IMG/VR virus record: IMGVR_UViG_3300009529_000008
Length of the DNA stretch: 64,000 nt
Strand: one strand, 5' to 3'
DNA from: an uncultured virus (IMG/VR IMGVR_UViG_3300009529_000008)
Lineage: Duplodnaviria; Heunggongvirae; Uroviricota; Caudoviricetes
This document shows positions 9,356 through 19,805 of the stretch, one piece after another. Position 1 is the first letter of the stretch. Each line of letters opens with the position of its first letter. Under the pieces are notes generated by a model that saw only the letters and a list, made by a program, of their open reading frames with translations, did not search any database and was not told the origin of the DNA. The translations under genes were made by a program, and so were the position numbers.

Positions 9356-10156
9356 ATGACTGAAATAATAATTGGAGAGGATGAGTTAGAGGATTTGTTG
9401 GAAGAAGCGAAGGGAGAACCAGTAGAGGAAGCAAAAGGAGAGAGTACAGAACTAGTAGTAGAGATAGAAAAAGAAGAAGGTGGAGAGGTTGGAATTGAAC
9501 TCGAATTAGAACCAGAAAACCAGAAAGAATCAGAAGTAGAATTAGAAAAGGAAATAAAGAAAGAGGATGAAGAGATAGAACTGGAGGTAGAAGAACCAAA
9601 AGTAGAAGAAAAAGGAGTCGCAGAACCAGAAGTAATTACTGCTCACGAAACAAAACAGACACAACAAACACAGTCTTTACAACCGTTAGCTCAAACTGGA
9701 TTAGTGGCACCGGTTTGTTCAGTCCAAGAATCAGTCAGGATTTTTAAAGAATTTGAACAAGCAAAGAGAAAAATTTTATCTGGGAATGATATTCTCTGGA
9801 TGGGTAGTGATGGAAAACCTGCAATTGAAGGACAAGGAAGTCCGCATATTAAGCGAAGTGGGTGGAGAAAGTTAGCCAGATTTTTTGGATTGAGTTGGGA
9901 TATTGAAAACATAGAAAAACTTAGCATGGAGCATGGAGGATATATGTATAAAGTGAGGGTGAAAGTGTGGCATCCAGCAGGGGCTTCGGTTATTTCTGAA
10001 GGTGTAGCAACTTCACGGGACATTTTTTTCACAAAAGGCGGTAGAAAAAGTGCAGATGAAGAAAATGTGTTAATGAAGGCTCAAACAGTTGCTGTAAATC
10101 GTGCAATATCGGATATATTAGGTAGTGGGGAAGTATCAGGAGAAGAAACTGAGTAA
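9356..10156 (+). CDS. Rad52/Rad22-like single-strand annealing protein with a long acidic N-terminal extension
   Basis: IKRSGWRKLARFFGLS...VRVKV...EG.A...MKAQT.A.NRAISDILG.GEVS.EE; first ~95 aa very Glu-rich. Confidence 0.6.
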   Translation: MTEIIIGEDELEDLLEEAKGEPVEEAKGESTELVVEIEKEEGGEVGIELELEPENQKESEVELEKEIKKEDEEIELEVEEPKVEEKGVAEPEVITAHETKQTQQTQSLQPLAQTGLVAPVCSVQESVRIFKEFEQAKRKILSGNDILWMGSDGKPAIEGQGSPHIKRSGWRKLARFFGLSWDIENIEKLSMEHGGYMYKVRVKVWHPAGASVISEGVATSRDIFFTKGGRKSADEENVLMKAQTVAVNRAISDILGSGEVSGEETE

Positions 10157-10260
10157 TTTTTTGCTAGACCTTTATATACTATTAATATATTTTAGAGTAT
10201 AGATCAGGTGATTTCTCTACGGCAAAAGTTTCTATTCAAGATATTGAGGAGGTGATATAA

Positions 10261-10635
10261 ATGGGTTGGGATGCAATATCAAGTCTAAGATTGGATTGGA
10301 GTGATAGACCTAAAAGGTTGGTAATTGTAAGGGTAGAAGCAAGAAAATTGTTTGAACAAGCAGCAATGGATATAAAGAAAGATGCGGGTTCAGTAGATTG
10401 TTTGTTATCTATTGGAAGTTTGGATGTGAGTGATTGTGGAATTATGCTTGAGAGAGCAACTAGTGAAAGTATGTATAATGAAAATGGCTGGAGTGCAAGA
10501 TTTGTGAAAAAACTGAATAAAGAGGCTGATTGGGATTTTAAGTTTGATAAGAAGGATTTATGGGCATACTTATCAGCGAAAAGGTTTTTGGAGATTTGTG
10601 CTAAGTTGGGTTTGCGTGTGAGATTTAGTTGGTGA
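10261..10635 (+). CDS. Hypothetical protein
   Basis: GGAGGTGA SD; TATA-like CTTTATATA near 10170. Confidence 0.65.
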   Translation: MGWDAISSLRLDWSDRPKRLVIVRVEARKLFEQAAMDIKKDAGSVDCLLSIGSLDVSDCGIMLERATSESMYNENGWSARFVKKLNKEADWDFKFDKKDLWAYLSAKRFLEICAKLGLRVRFSW

Positions 10636-10853
10636 GAAAAATGGATTTAGGACCAGAATTAAATTTAGCTTTGTTGCGAATAAAAAGACACAGACAACAA
10701 TTACATGATAATCTCTTGGCTATTTTTCTTAATAAGGGCAAAGATGAAGATTTAGTGGGAGCAATAGAAGAATCGTCTTTTAGTTCTACAACAAAAGAAG
10801 AGTTAATAGATTGGTTAAGTAAATTTGGTATAAATAAAGGAGATTATAAATAA
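10629..10853 (+). CDS. Hypothetical protein
   Basis: Coupled ORF. Confidence 0.5.
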   Translation: MVRKMDLGPELNLALLRIKRHRQQLHDNLLAIFLNKGKDEDLVGAIEESSFSSTTKEELIDWLSKFGINKGDYK

Positions 10854-10952
10854 TTTAGATATTTTATTCTCATCTAATAATAGATGTGTATGGTTCGGTT
10901 AGGTATGGAATGATGGGAGGGGTTTTACTCCTCCTGGATAACAATTGAAAAA

Positions 10953-11936
10953 ATGAACGAAAATAACATTAATTTTCTTTATAATCAGTTTCCGAGAGAT
11001 GTTTCAATTCCGAATCCATTCAAAAAAGGTAGCTTTTACCGAAAGCAAGTAACTTGCAAAAGGAATTTTCAGCGTTATTTATCATTAATGAGTGGGTCTT
11101 CGATGGGGTGTTATACATCAGTTTATAACATCGGTGAAGAGATTTTGTTGGACAAGTTTGTTTTTGATTTGGATAGTAAAGATTTAAATGAAGTTTTTAC
11201 AGAGGCAGATATACTCGCTTCACGATTGCATGATAGAAATATCAGTTACGCAGTTATTTTTTCGGGAAAGAAGGGCGCACATGTTTATGGTTTATTGAAA
11301 CCAGCAAAACTGGAGCGAGATATAGCCGAATACTATCTCAAAAAATTACACAAAAGTTTTATTGATGGATTAAAAACAGTTGATATGCATCTAGTAGGAA
11401 ATCCGAGTGCAATGATTCGAATTCCAAACACTTTAAATGACGGTAGATACTGCATTCCTTTACCTTTTGAGTTCCGAAAAATGAATATTCAAGAAATTCT
11501 GGATTATAGTAGAATTCAACATAACATAAATTTCTTTCCAGGTGAGCTAAGAACAATTCAGGAATTAGTAGGTGATTTAAAGGTACAAAAAAGAGATGAT
11601 ACAATATTCAAAGATGAAATTAAGCTTAGGTCAGTTCCGAGTATGGAAATTTTGGAAGAGTTGATTCGACCGTGTGTTATTACAGAAATTAAGAAAAATA
11701 ATCCATGCAATATAGCGAGAATTGACTTTGTTTCCGAAATGATGTTCACTGGATTTATACCCAAACAAATCTTAGAAGTTATTAAAGATTTAGAATGGGA
11801 TGATTTTGATGAGAAACAAACACAATATTATATTAGAAAAGTCTTTGAGAGGAGATTGAAGCCGTATTCTAATTTTAAATTAAAAGAAGCTTTTGGTTGT
11901 ATGGATAAAGGATATTACTGGTGGAACGGGAAATGA
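10953..11936 (+). CDS. priS: Archaeo-eukaryotic primase (PriS) fused to a PriL-C/PriX-like domain
   Basis: FDLDS, FSGKKGAHVY, D...MIRIPNTLN; C-terminal PC....AR....DFDEKQTQY. Confidence 0.85.
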   Translation: MNENNINFLYNQFPRDVSIPNPFKKGSFYRKQVTCKRNFQRYLSLMSGSSMGCYTSVYNIGEEILLDKFVFDLDSKDLNEVFTEADILASRLHDRNISYAVIFSGKKGAHVYGLLKPAKLERDIAEYYLKKLHKSFIDGLKTVDMHLVGNPSAMIRIPNTLNDGRYCIPLPFEFRKMNIQEILDYSRIQHNINFFPGELRTIQELVGDLKVQKRDDTIFKDEIKLRSVPSMEILEELIRPCVITEIKKNNPCNIARIDFVSEMMFTGFIPKQILEVIKDLEWDDFDEKQTQYYIRKVFERRLKPYSNFKLKEAFGCMDKGYYWWNGK

Positions 11937-12145
11937 ATGACACAGAAAAGATAGAATTTAGTGAAACCATACTATCTGAAATATCAAAGCAAATAAGAGC
12001 GGGCGGTGTCAGAATTCATAAATCATCTGATTTCTCGGTAGATGGATATTCAATAATGTTAAGTATTTTTGTTTCATTTTCAGAAGATTATCTTACGAAC
12101 GAAAAGATAGATAAGTTAAAATTAATTTTAGAGGAAAATGAGTAA
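11933..12145 (+). CDS. Hypothetical protein
   Basis: ATGA overlap with the primase stop. Confidence 0.45.
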   Translation: MNDTEKIEFSETILSEISKQIRAGGVRIHKSSDFSVDGYSIMLSIFVSFSEDYLTNEKIDKLKLILEENE

Positions 12146-12568
12146 TATGGATATAGGAACGCATGATGAGGTGCCAAGGGATATATTGCCATTGGATGAG
12201 AAAATGTTAGTATTGAAGAAACGAGACGAGATGTTGAAGAGAGCAGAAAGGGAAATAATAGAAAATGAATAACTTGGCTACTATTCGATAAAATGAAAGA
12301 TAAAGTTTATAGAAGAGAGCAAAGAGAGAAAAGAAAGTTAGTGAAGGAGTTTATGAAAACTGATGTGATGGAAAAAGATGATACATTAATTTCAATTGAA
12401 CAAGAGGAAGATGCTTTGGATGGGATGAATAGGTTTATAAAATATGAAATGGAGATGAGATAGTTAATAAAAAAATATGGAGAATGTGTGTATAAGAAAT
12501 GGAAGTAGGAAAAATTATGCGTAAAAAGGTGGATACATTTAGGTATTCATTGAAAAAGGAGGTAAAAG

Positions 12569-12820
12569 ATGTTATACGAACCAAACATGATTGACTGGAG
12601 AGTAGGAGCTATTGTTGTCCATGATGCGGATGCTAAGAGAGTGAGTATGCTGATGCAAGTAATAAAAATACAGAAGAATGGGCTAATACAAACAAAATAT
12701 TTATTCCCAGATGGCGGAAAAAGCATACGCAAAATATGGAAAAACGGGAAGGAACATCTCCTTGACCCTAAACGGTTCGGGATTGTTCTTCCTGAAGTGG
12801 GTGAAAAAAATGCTCGGTGA
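12569..12820 (+). CDS. Hypothetical protein (SH3-like beta barrel?)
   Basis: GGAGG SD; W.VG.IV.H..DAK...LM.V. Confidence 0.55.
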   Translation: MLYEPNMIDWRVGAIVVHDADAKRVSMLMQVIKIQKNGLIQTKYLFPDGGKSIRKIWKNGKEHLLDPKRFGIVLPEVGEKNAR

Positions 12821-13010
12821 GAAAATGAAATATTGGAAAGGGTATGGATTAAACATTCCAATGTCAAAAGCGGACTCATGCGTCCATACAAAAGACGACC
12901 ATCCAGATAATGAATGTTATACACAACTAATGATAAAGCATGTTTTTGCTCTTATTACGGATGATGCATGTGCGACTTGTTCTCTAACGAGAGAAGGAGA
13001 AAAAGAATGA
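12810..13010 (+). CDS. Hypothetical Cys/His-containing protein
   Basis: Coupled ORF; start probably at MLGEK or MKYW. Confidence 0.4.
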   Translation: MLGEKMKYWKGYGLNIPMSKADSCVHTKDDHPDNECYTQLMIKHVFALITDDACATCSLTREGEKE

Positions 13011-13033
13011 GTGAAGAGTTGATAAAATAAAAA

Positions 13034-15277
13034 ATGAAAGGACTTCTTATAAGTGCTCACCGACGTGGGAGTTTGGTGGATTTATGGATAAGAGATGGAA
13101 GTAACCAAAAAAGACAAGTTACTATTTCAGATTTTCAACCTTATTTTTATGTCGAAAATCCTTTTGGTCAATTCAAAGGAATTTACGGTGAAAGTTTATC
13201 TATTGTTCATACTAAAGACCCTTCGCAAGTGAGAACAGAAAGAACAAAGTATCCAAAAACATGGGAAGCTGATATTGTATTTGCGAGAAGGGTATTAATT
13301 GATTTAGGAATTTACAAAGGAATTGAAATTCCAGATAGTCAGCAATATATTTCGCAGAACGACATAAAACCTTGTGAAGTAAGTATTAATCCATTAATTT
13401 TATTTTTGGATATTGAAGTATTACCAGAGAAGGGTTTTCCAACACCAGAAGAAGCAAAACAACCTGTTATAAGTTTTTCATTCAGAACAAATAAAAGTAA
13501 TAAGTTATTTGGTTATATTTTCAAAGGAGGAAGAAGTGGTATAGAGTGTGAGAAAGACCAAACAATAGTTTATTTTGATAATGAGAAGGACTTACTTATA
13601 GGTTTTTGTGATGTAATTGAAAAGATAGAACCGGATATTATTACTGGTTATAATATTGTAGATTTTGATTTACTTTATTTTAAAAACAGGTTTAAGAGAC
13701 TTGATTTAAAATGGGTAGATGAAAGAACTTTTGAATCCTTTGATTTGCAGGCAGGTTACCAGAAACTGAAATCCATAACTTCAAAAATACCACTTAAACG
13801 CGTCGTAATTTCAGAGGGGATAACTACTGAAGATAAAATTAAAACAATTAAGGAGGCTTTAAAGGATTATCGTGCTGGTGGAGATATGTCTTATTTTAAG
13901 GAATATGCAAGTGATGATGTAAGATATATATTTGCGCTTGATAAAAAATATTCAATAATTGATTATTTTCTCAACCTCAAATATTTAGCGGGAATGGAAA
14001 GTATTAATAAAACTTTGGGAAATTCTGTGTTAGTAGATACTATTCATCTCAGAATAGCAAAAGAACAAGGGATAAAATTACCAACAACTGTTGAAAACTT
14101 AAAGAACGAGGAATTTCAGGGAGCTTATGTAATGGCTGCTGATGCAGGATTATATGAAGGAGTAGCATCATTTGATTTTACTTCCTACTATCCTAATCTT
14201 GTTCTCAGTTTCTTTATATCACCAGAAAATATATCCGAGAAAGGTGGGATTTTTATTCCTGAGTTTAATACCAAATTTGTAAAAAATGAAGGAATTAATC
14301 AAATTTTTGTGAAATATTTAATGAAAGAAAAGATTGAAATATCAAAGCAAATGGAAGAAGCGATACCCGGAAGTGAGATACGTAAATCCTTATATTTAAA
14401 ACGTCAGGCAATAAAATTTGTTCTTAATGCGGGTTCTTATGGAGTTTTTGCTTATCCAGGTTTCAGATTTTATAATCTAACTTTAGCTAAAATTATTGCT
14501 TCTCTCGCACGAGAAGGTATAAAACATGGTTCTTTAATTGCTGAAGAGAACAATTATAAACTTCTTTTGGCTGATACGGATTCGGTCTATGTCCAAACAT
14601 ATTTTAAAAATGCAAAAAATATTCAAGAAAAATTAGGAAAAGGAATTAATAATTATTTTCTAGAAAAATATAATGTAAAAACAAATCTTAATCTGGATTT
14701 TGAAAAATATATAAAATACTTACTGCTTCCAGGGGTTAAGAAACGTTATGTAATGCGAATCGTACATGAAAAAGGTAAGGACTGTGATTATATTGTTTCT
14801 AAGGGGTTTGAAAATATTAGAACTGATCAGAGTAAGTTTACACGAAATCTTCTTAATGAATTGTTTGACCTTATAATGTATGATAAAAGAGAAGAGATAA
14901 AGGATTTTATTAATGGAAAATTAGTTGACTTTACTAAATGTTCTTTGAGTGATATAGGCATTGCTAAAGGACTGAATAAATCTTTTAAAGACTATAAGGG
15001 TAATATTGCTCATGTAAGGTCTGCTATATGGTCAAATACTTATTTGAATACAAATTTTGGTTATAAAGATAAACCTATGATGCTCTGGGTTAAGGGAGTT
15101 AAAGGATTACCAACAACAAACATAATGAGTTTTGATGAGGATACTGATTTAAGTTCTCTCGAAATAATCGTGGATTGGGAACACATGAAACGTGTTTGCA
15201 TTTTAGACAAAGTAACTCCCATTCTGGATGCAGTTGGAACATCACTGGATTCATTCGGGAAACAAATAACCTTTTAA
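13034..15277 (+). CDS. polB: Family B DNA polymerase (RNA-primed type) with 3'-5' exonuclease
   Basis: ExoI LDIE, ExoII GYN..DFD, ExoIII Y...D; DFTSYYP, K..LN..YG, ADTDS, KKRY, KGFE..R; no TPR1/2 inserts evident. Confidence 0.96.
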   Translation: MKGLLISAHRRGSLVDLWIRDGSNQKRQVTISDFQPYFYVENPFGQFKGIYGESLSIVHTKDPSQVRTERTKYPKTWEADIVFARRVLIDLGIYKGIEIPDSQQYISQNDIKPCEVSINPLILFLDIEVLPEKGFPTPEEAKQPVISFSFRTNKSNKLFGYIFKGGRSGIECEKDQTIVYFDNEKDLLIGFCDVIEKIEPDIITGYNIVDFDLLYFKNRFKRLDLKWVDERTFESFDLQAGYQKLKSITSKIPLKRVVISEGITTEDKIKTIKEALKDYRAGGDMSYFKEYASDDVRYIFALDKKYSIIDYFLNLKYLAGMESINKTLGNSVLVDTIHLRIAKEQGIKLPTTVENLKNEEFQGAYVMAADAGLYEGVASFDFTSYYPNLVLSFFISPENISEKGGIFIPEFNTKFVKNEGINQIFVKYLMKEKIEISKQMEEAIPGSEIRKSLYLKRQAIKFVLNAGSYGVFAYPGFRFYNLTLAKIIASLAREGIKHGSLIAEENNYKLLLADTDSVYVQTYFKNAKNIQEKLGKGINNYFLEKYNVKTNLNLDFEKYIKYLLLPGVKKRYVMRIVHEKGKDCDYIVSKGFENIRTDQSKFTRNLLNELFDLIMYDKREEIKDFINGKLVDFTKCSLSDIGIAKGLNKSFKDYKGNIAHVRSAIWSNTYLNTNFGYKDKPMMLWVKGVKGLPTTNIMSFDEDTDLSSLEIIVDWEHMKRVCILDKVTPILDAVGTSLDSFGKQITF

Positions 15278-15278
15278 A

Positions 15279-15518
15279 ATGATTGAAGAAAAATATCCAA
15301 AATGGAACGTAGTACCAAAAGTGAGAGTACTTACTGGAAAAATATACACACTTCGAGAAATGCTATATTCCGATGTAAATACAGCTAAGAATTTAGCAAG
15401 AATAAGACGGTTGGCTGGATACTGGGTAAGAGTAGAAAAGATACCTAAACATATTTTTGGTGAGTATGGATATGTATTGTATGAAAGAAACCGAGATAAA
15501 AAACTGAAAAATGAATAA
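15279..15518 (+). CDS. Small basic protein, member of the paralogous family in the 26.7-35.7 kb array
   Basis: LTGKIY...AKNLAR..R.AGYWVRV...YVLYER. Confidence 0.65.
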   Translation: MIEEKYPKWNVVPKVRVLTGKIYTLREMLYSDVNTAKNLARIRRLAGYWVRVEKIPKHIFGEYGYVLYERNRDKKLKNE

Positions 15519-15729
15519 TATACCATATCTCTGGTTCACCAAAGATAGTAAACTAATTCTCAAACACGAATTAAAGAGACGACATAAGTACGCTAAATAT
15601 AGTATTGACTATGGTGCAGGGAAGGATAGAAGAACTAAAACATTTAAGACTAAGAAGGAAGCATTGGCATGGATAAAGAAGAATAAGAAGTATTTTCATC
15701 CTACTGCTGTTTATTTGAAAAGGGAATGA
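15511..15729 (+). CDS. Small basic protein (AP2/Arm-DNA-binding-like)
   Basis: Y..GKDRRTKTFKTKKEALAW. Confidence 0.55.
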   Translation: MNNIPYLWFTKDSKLILKHELKRRHKYAKYSIDYGAGKDRRTKTFKTKKEALAWIKKNKKYFHPTAVYLKRE

Positions 15730-15733
15730 AGGA

Positions 15734-16246
15734 ATGAACTATAAAAAATTTCAAAAAGGAATAACTAAGTTAAAAGTAATAAGTGGAAAATGCTCATTAT
15801 GCGGAAATTCAATAAATCTTCAGATTCATCATTTATCTTATAATCCTGAGATATTTGTTGTTCTGTGTAAAAATTGTCATGAAGGAATACATAAACATAC
15901 AACTGGAAAAGTTCAAAAATTTACCAAATATGGATATGAAGATTTTAGAGATGAACACAAAGAGGAAGTTAAAGATGTAAAAGACTTCTTTGAGAATTAT
16001 ATTTCTAATGGAAGGATGTTATCCAAAGCAATTCTTAAGGATAAGATGTTAATGAAGATTTTATATGGGTTTGGTCCTATAAGAGAAACAAAGAAAAAAA
16101 TAATGATGGAATGGTTGGAAATAAAAGTTGTTTTATGGGGATTTAGAGAGATGGAAAACTTATGGAGAGAGAAAAAGAATGAAATATTAAAAGGACTGGA
16201 TAATTCTGAAGGTGAAGATGAAATAGAGTTGGAGTTTGAAAAATGA
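15734..16246 (+). CDS. HNH endonuclease-domain protein
   Basis: CSLCG...LQIHHLSY......LCKNCH..IH. Confidence 0.8.
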   Translation: MNYKKFQKGITKLKVISGKCSLCGNSINLQIHHLSYNPEIFVVLCKNCHEGIHKHTTGKVQKFTKYGYEDFRDEHKEEVKDVKDFFENYISNGRMLSKAILKDKMLMKILYGFGPIRETKKKIMMEWLEIKVVLWGFREMENLWREKKNEILKGLDNSEGEDEIELEFEK

Positions 16247-16372
16247 AAAATAAAGTGAAAATTAAGAAGACTAAAAAATTGAGGAGTTGGTATAAGCAGG
16301 GATACAGTAAAAGATATGAAGAAGGTATTCAAGTAAATTGTAAAGAGATTGTTAAGAAGGTGATAAAATAAA

Positions 16373-16564
16373 ATGAGCTTAGGAGAGATAATTTGGTTAG
16401 CATTGATAGTAGTGTACACTATCTACCAAATACCTTCTGCGAATGGTATCTATGAAATACTTGGAATGTTAATTGGTGGAATAATACTTGGAATTTTACC
16501 TATTTATATAGGAAGAAAATTGGAACAGAGAAAAGCATTCGAAGATAATAAAAATAGGAGGTGA
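16373..16564 (+). CDS. Small membrane protein
   Basis: Two hydrophobic helices; AGGTGA SD. Confidence 0.55.
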   Translation: MSLGEIIWLALIVVYTIYQIPSANGIYEILGMLIGGIILGILPIYIGRKLEQRKAFEDNKNRR

Positions 16565-16577
16565 GATAAAATAAAAA

Positions 16578-17222
16578 ATGAAAATTAAAACAATAGTTTT
16601 AATGGTTGTAGTTTGCACAGTAGTAACGACAATAGGATGCATTGATAAATTGGAAACTGAAAAAATACCTACATCTATACCTACAATAGTTCCAACACAT
16701 ATACCAACAGAAACAGTTGTTTCATCAATGGAAATGGATAAAGAAGAATTTATAGACAAATATACTAAAGCGAAGAAGATATTTAACTATGGTAGTTATG
16801 AGCCTGAACTAAAAGCAAATGAATCAGAAAATTTAGCAGACTCATATTATGAAAGGGATGAATTTAGTAAAGCTGGTGATAAGTATGGCGAAGCAGCACA
16901 ATTTTACTTAGAAGCAAGAGAACAAAATATAGAAGCTAAAGCACTATTTGAAGAACTATATAAGATAGCACCAACAGAGCATTACAAAGGGCTTTGCAGG
17001 TTATATGTCGATACAACACAATCCTATGCAAAGTTGATGGATTATATGAGTTCTGCAACGGAACACATGGAAAAAGCCTGCGATTATTATGAGAAGGGGA
17101 ATTACAAAGCAGGTAATGAAGAGGTAGATAAAGCAGAGAAAGAAATAATACAATACAATATTGAAGTAGTGATGATATACAATGTGGCTATAGAAAAAAT
17201 AGATGAAATTGAATATAGATGA
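16578..17222 (+). CDS. Predicted lipoprotein with P/T linker and helical bundle
   Basis: Signal peptide ending TIGC; IPT repeats; alpha-helical body. Confidence 0.65.
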   Translation: MKIKTIVLMVVVCTVVTTIGCIDKLETEKIPTSIPTIVPTHIPTETVVSSMEMDKEEFIDKYTKAKKIFNYGSYEPELKANESENLADSYYERDEFSKAGDKYGEAAQFYLEAREQNIEAKALFEELYKIAPTEHYKGLCRLYVDTTQSYAKLMDYMSSATEHMEKACDYYEKGNYKAGNEEVDKAEKEIIQYNIEVVMIYNVAIEKIDEIEYR

Positions 17223-17345
17223 AATTGAATGCTATTAAAATGGATAAAGAAACTTCTATAATTGAAAGAATAGGTAATGGAAAGATATAACAGAACTATA
17301 GAAAAAATAGACGAAATTGGAGAATGGTAAAAACTAAAAAATTGT

Positions 17346-17390
17346 AATGTAGAAAAATATTTTTCAATTTCTACATTTCTTTTATTTTTA
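17346..17390 (+). terminator. Hairpin plus T-tract
   Basis: AATGTAGAAA...TTTCTACATT followed by TCTTTTATTTT. Confidence 0.4.
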
Positions 17391-17551
17391 AAGCTTATAA
17401 AGGAGACTTATACTTTGGTATAAAATCATGATGTAAATAAACATTTATACAAACCTTTATGCGTTACTAAAATAAATTATAATTGTAATAATACTGACAA
17501 GAATGAAATACCTAAAGCGTGTAAAGCGTGTTCTTTGTTTGAGATGGAAAA

Positions 17552-18031
17552 ATGAAAATAATATGCGAAAATTGTGGTATTGAGGCACAGACAAAATACG
17601 TTAAATTTTATCAGAACATTGGAATGCTTATTATAAGACAAACAAAAACAATTGAAGGTAACTTTTGTAAATTGTGTATTCACAAAAACTTCTGGAAATT
17701 TTTTCTTATTACATTATTTTTAGGATGGTGGGGGATAATTTCCTTTCTTATCACCCCTTTTTTTCTTATTAATAATATTTTTCGATATATTATGAATTTG
17801 GGAATGGAATCTGTTCCAAAACACGCTAAAATCCCTCAACTTACAAATGAAGTTATTGAAAAACTACAACCGCTAACTGAACATATAATTAATCGTCTCA
17901 ATAGTAATGAAGACGTGGATACCATACTCAAAAGTATCTCCTTAGAAACTGAACTTATACCCGGACAAGTATATCTTTACATCTTAAAAATTATAAATGA
18001 ACAAAATGAAAATACTAATAGTATGTCCTAA
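17552..18031 (+). CDS. Zn-ribbon membrane protein
   Basis: CENC...CKLC, then [11 protein letters not shown] hydrophobic hairpin. Confidence 0.6.
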   Translation: MKIICENCGIEAQTKYVKFYQNIGMLIIRQTKTIEGNFCKLCIHKNFWKFFLITLFLGWWGIISFLITPFFLINNIFRYIMNLGMESVPKHAKIPQLTNEVIEKLQPLTEHIINRLNSNEDVDTILKSISLETELIPGQVYLYILKIINEQNENTNSMS

Positions 18032-18049
18032 TTTAACCTATTTAGGTGG

Positions 18050-18230
18050 CTTAGACCCCTTTCTCGGTTCTGGAACAACTTCAGTAGCAGCAGAAAGGTT
18101 AGGAAGGAATAGTATAGGTATAGAAATATCGAAAGAATATTGTGAAATTGCTTATAAAAGACTTCTTAAAGAAGTATCCCAAATTAAAATGGATAGAGAA
18201 CCTTCTATAATTAAAAGAATAGGATTTTAA
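18050..18230 (+). pseudogene. C-terminal remnant of an N4/N6 DNA methyltransferase
   Basis: [22 protein letters not shown]...YC.IA..RL (SAM motif I) with no DPPY/SPPY half upstream. Confidence 0.8.
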
Positions 18231-18391
18231 AATGATAAATCTCGTAGTTATAAGAGAAGATAATAATGCGGTATGGAGTAAGGAACTCGATAAGGACGAC
18301 TTTTATTTGTTTTTCGAGGAAGTGTTCCGTCTCTGGCTTAAAAAACTTCAGAGAGATGAATGTCAATAAATTGACAAAAAGGAGTAAGAAA

Positions 18392-18538
18392 ATGTATAAA
18401 AACGAAAGCATAAAGAATAGTATAGTAGGAGTAGAGAGTGCAGAGAACTTTAGAGAACTGAAAGAAGCAATTGTGGACGTGATTAAAGTGATAGACAGAG
18501 AAATAAGTTATATGGATAGTAGAAGAAGGGGTGTGTAG
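18392..18538 (+). CDS. Small hypothetical protein
   Basis: AGGAG then ATG (MYKNESIK...) inside the 18266 ORF. Confidence 0.4.
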   Translation: MYKNESIKNSIVGVESAENFRELKEAIVDVIKVIDREISYMDSRRRGV

Positions 18539-18544
18539 AAAAAA

Positions 18545-19297
18545 ATGAAAATAAGTGTAGAAACGGGTTTTTTTAAGGCGTTAGTAAGGGCAGTGTGCAT
18601 GAACGGAGAGGTAGAGACACCAGTAATGGTATTCAAAGAACAATACATGGAATCAATAAACAAAGATATAGCAGACTCAGCAATGGCAGTGTGCAGATTT
18701 GAGAAAGATGCTTTTCTGGAGTATGAAATAATTGGTGAAGAAGAGGAGATAGCAATAGAAGCAGAGAAGACAATGAAACTGATACGAAATTTGTCGGGAG
18801 ATGAGGTAACAATAGAAAAGACCGATAATTCATTGTTACTGAGAACGGAAAATGAAAAATTGAAGATACCCGTAATTGAAGCAGGAAAAGAATTTCCGCT
18901 TCCAAAGGCGTTCTTTGTACGAGATGAGAATGGTATTGTGGAATTATCAAAGGATGGTGAATGGATAGTAAAGGAAACAATACCTGTGCTTAGAAAAGAA
19001 CTGGAAGGACTGGGAGAATCAGTAACCGTGTTTGAAATGAAGGATGGTAAACTTTCGGTTATGCAAGAAACGACAGATGGATATTCTTTTCAGAGTAATG
19101 TAGTGGAGAATATAAAGTCAGAAGACTTTACGACGATGTTCAATACGGACTATCTGAAAAACGTATTTAATGCAGTGATAGATGACGAAGTAGTTTTGAG
19201 TCTGGGAAAGGATTTAATACCACTGGTACTGGAGAACAATACAAACAACTACCGCATATTACAGCTATTACTGCCGAGAGTTGAATACAGTGGGTAA
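18545..19297 (+). CDS. pcn: DNA sliding clamp (PCNA)
   Basis: 250 aa, acidic; F...F.EY, FN.DYL......V.LSLG.D..PL.L......LL.PR pattern. Confidence 0.85.
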   Translation: MKISVETGFFKALVRAVCMNGEVETPVMVFKEQYMESINKDIADSAMAVCRFEKDAFLEYEIIGEEEEIAIEAEKTMKLIRNLSGDEVTIEKTDNSLLLRTENEKLKIPVIEAGKEFPLPKAFFVRDENGIVELSKDGEWIVKETIPVLRKELEGLGESVTVFEMKDGKLSVMQETTDGYSFQSNVVENIKSEDFTTMFNTDYLKNVFNAVIDDEVVLSLGKDLIPLVLENNTNNYRILQLLLPRVEYSG

Positions 19298-19451
19298 GGA
19301 AAATGATTTCCTTCCCTTTACAATTTTTGGTTACCGATTACTACTATTTTGAGTTGTGGGAAATATACCAGATGATTTTTGATGCACACTATGGGAGATT
19401 TGTAGGTATGAATCATGGTAGAAGAAGAGAAGATTTTTTGGAGAAGTAAAA

Positions 19452-19796
19452 ATGAAAATAAGTAAAATATTTTTAGGCTTAGAAAAGAAAGCGAAATATT
19501 CTTCAAGTGATACACCTTTTGTGGTTGGAGTTAGTAAGTATTCGATTAATAAGTTAATAAATATTATCAGAGAGTTCAACAAACGAAGCTTTACTTACTA
19601 TAAATTATTTGGTGAGAGTAACATAACAGATGGTGATACCAGAAAATTTTGGTTCAACGACAAACTTATTAATAAATACACTTCTCAAATGAGTGATTCT
19701 TTTGAAATTTGGATACCAACTGAGGAAGCACCATTATTAATTGACCATACTGAACAAGATTTGAGGATATTAATTTCGCCGATGATAAGGAAGTAA
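19452..19796 (+). CDS. Hypothetical protein, possible half-clamp-like domain
   Basis: C-terminal APLLI...LRILISP resembles a clamp C-terminus. Confidence 0.4.
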   Translation: MKISKIFLGLEKKAKYSSSDTPFVVGVSKYSINKLINIIREFNKRSFTYYKLFGESNITDGDTRKFWFNDKLINKYTSQMSDSFEIWIPTEEAPLLIDHTEQDLRILISPMIRK

Positions 19797-19805
19797 AAAG
19801 ATAAA

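Noticed and set aside
17346..17377. AATTTCTAC/GTAGA resemblance to a Cas12a repeat
   Set aside because: Single copy, wrong arm order, followed by a T-tract; better explained as a terminator
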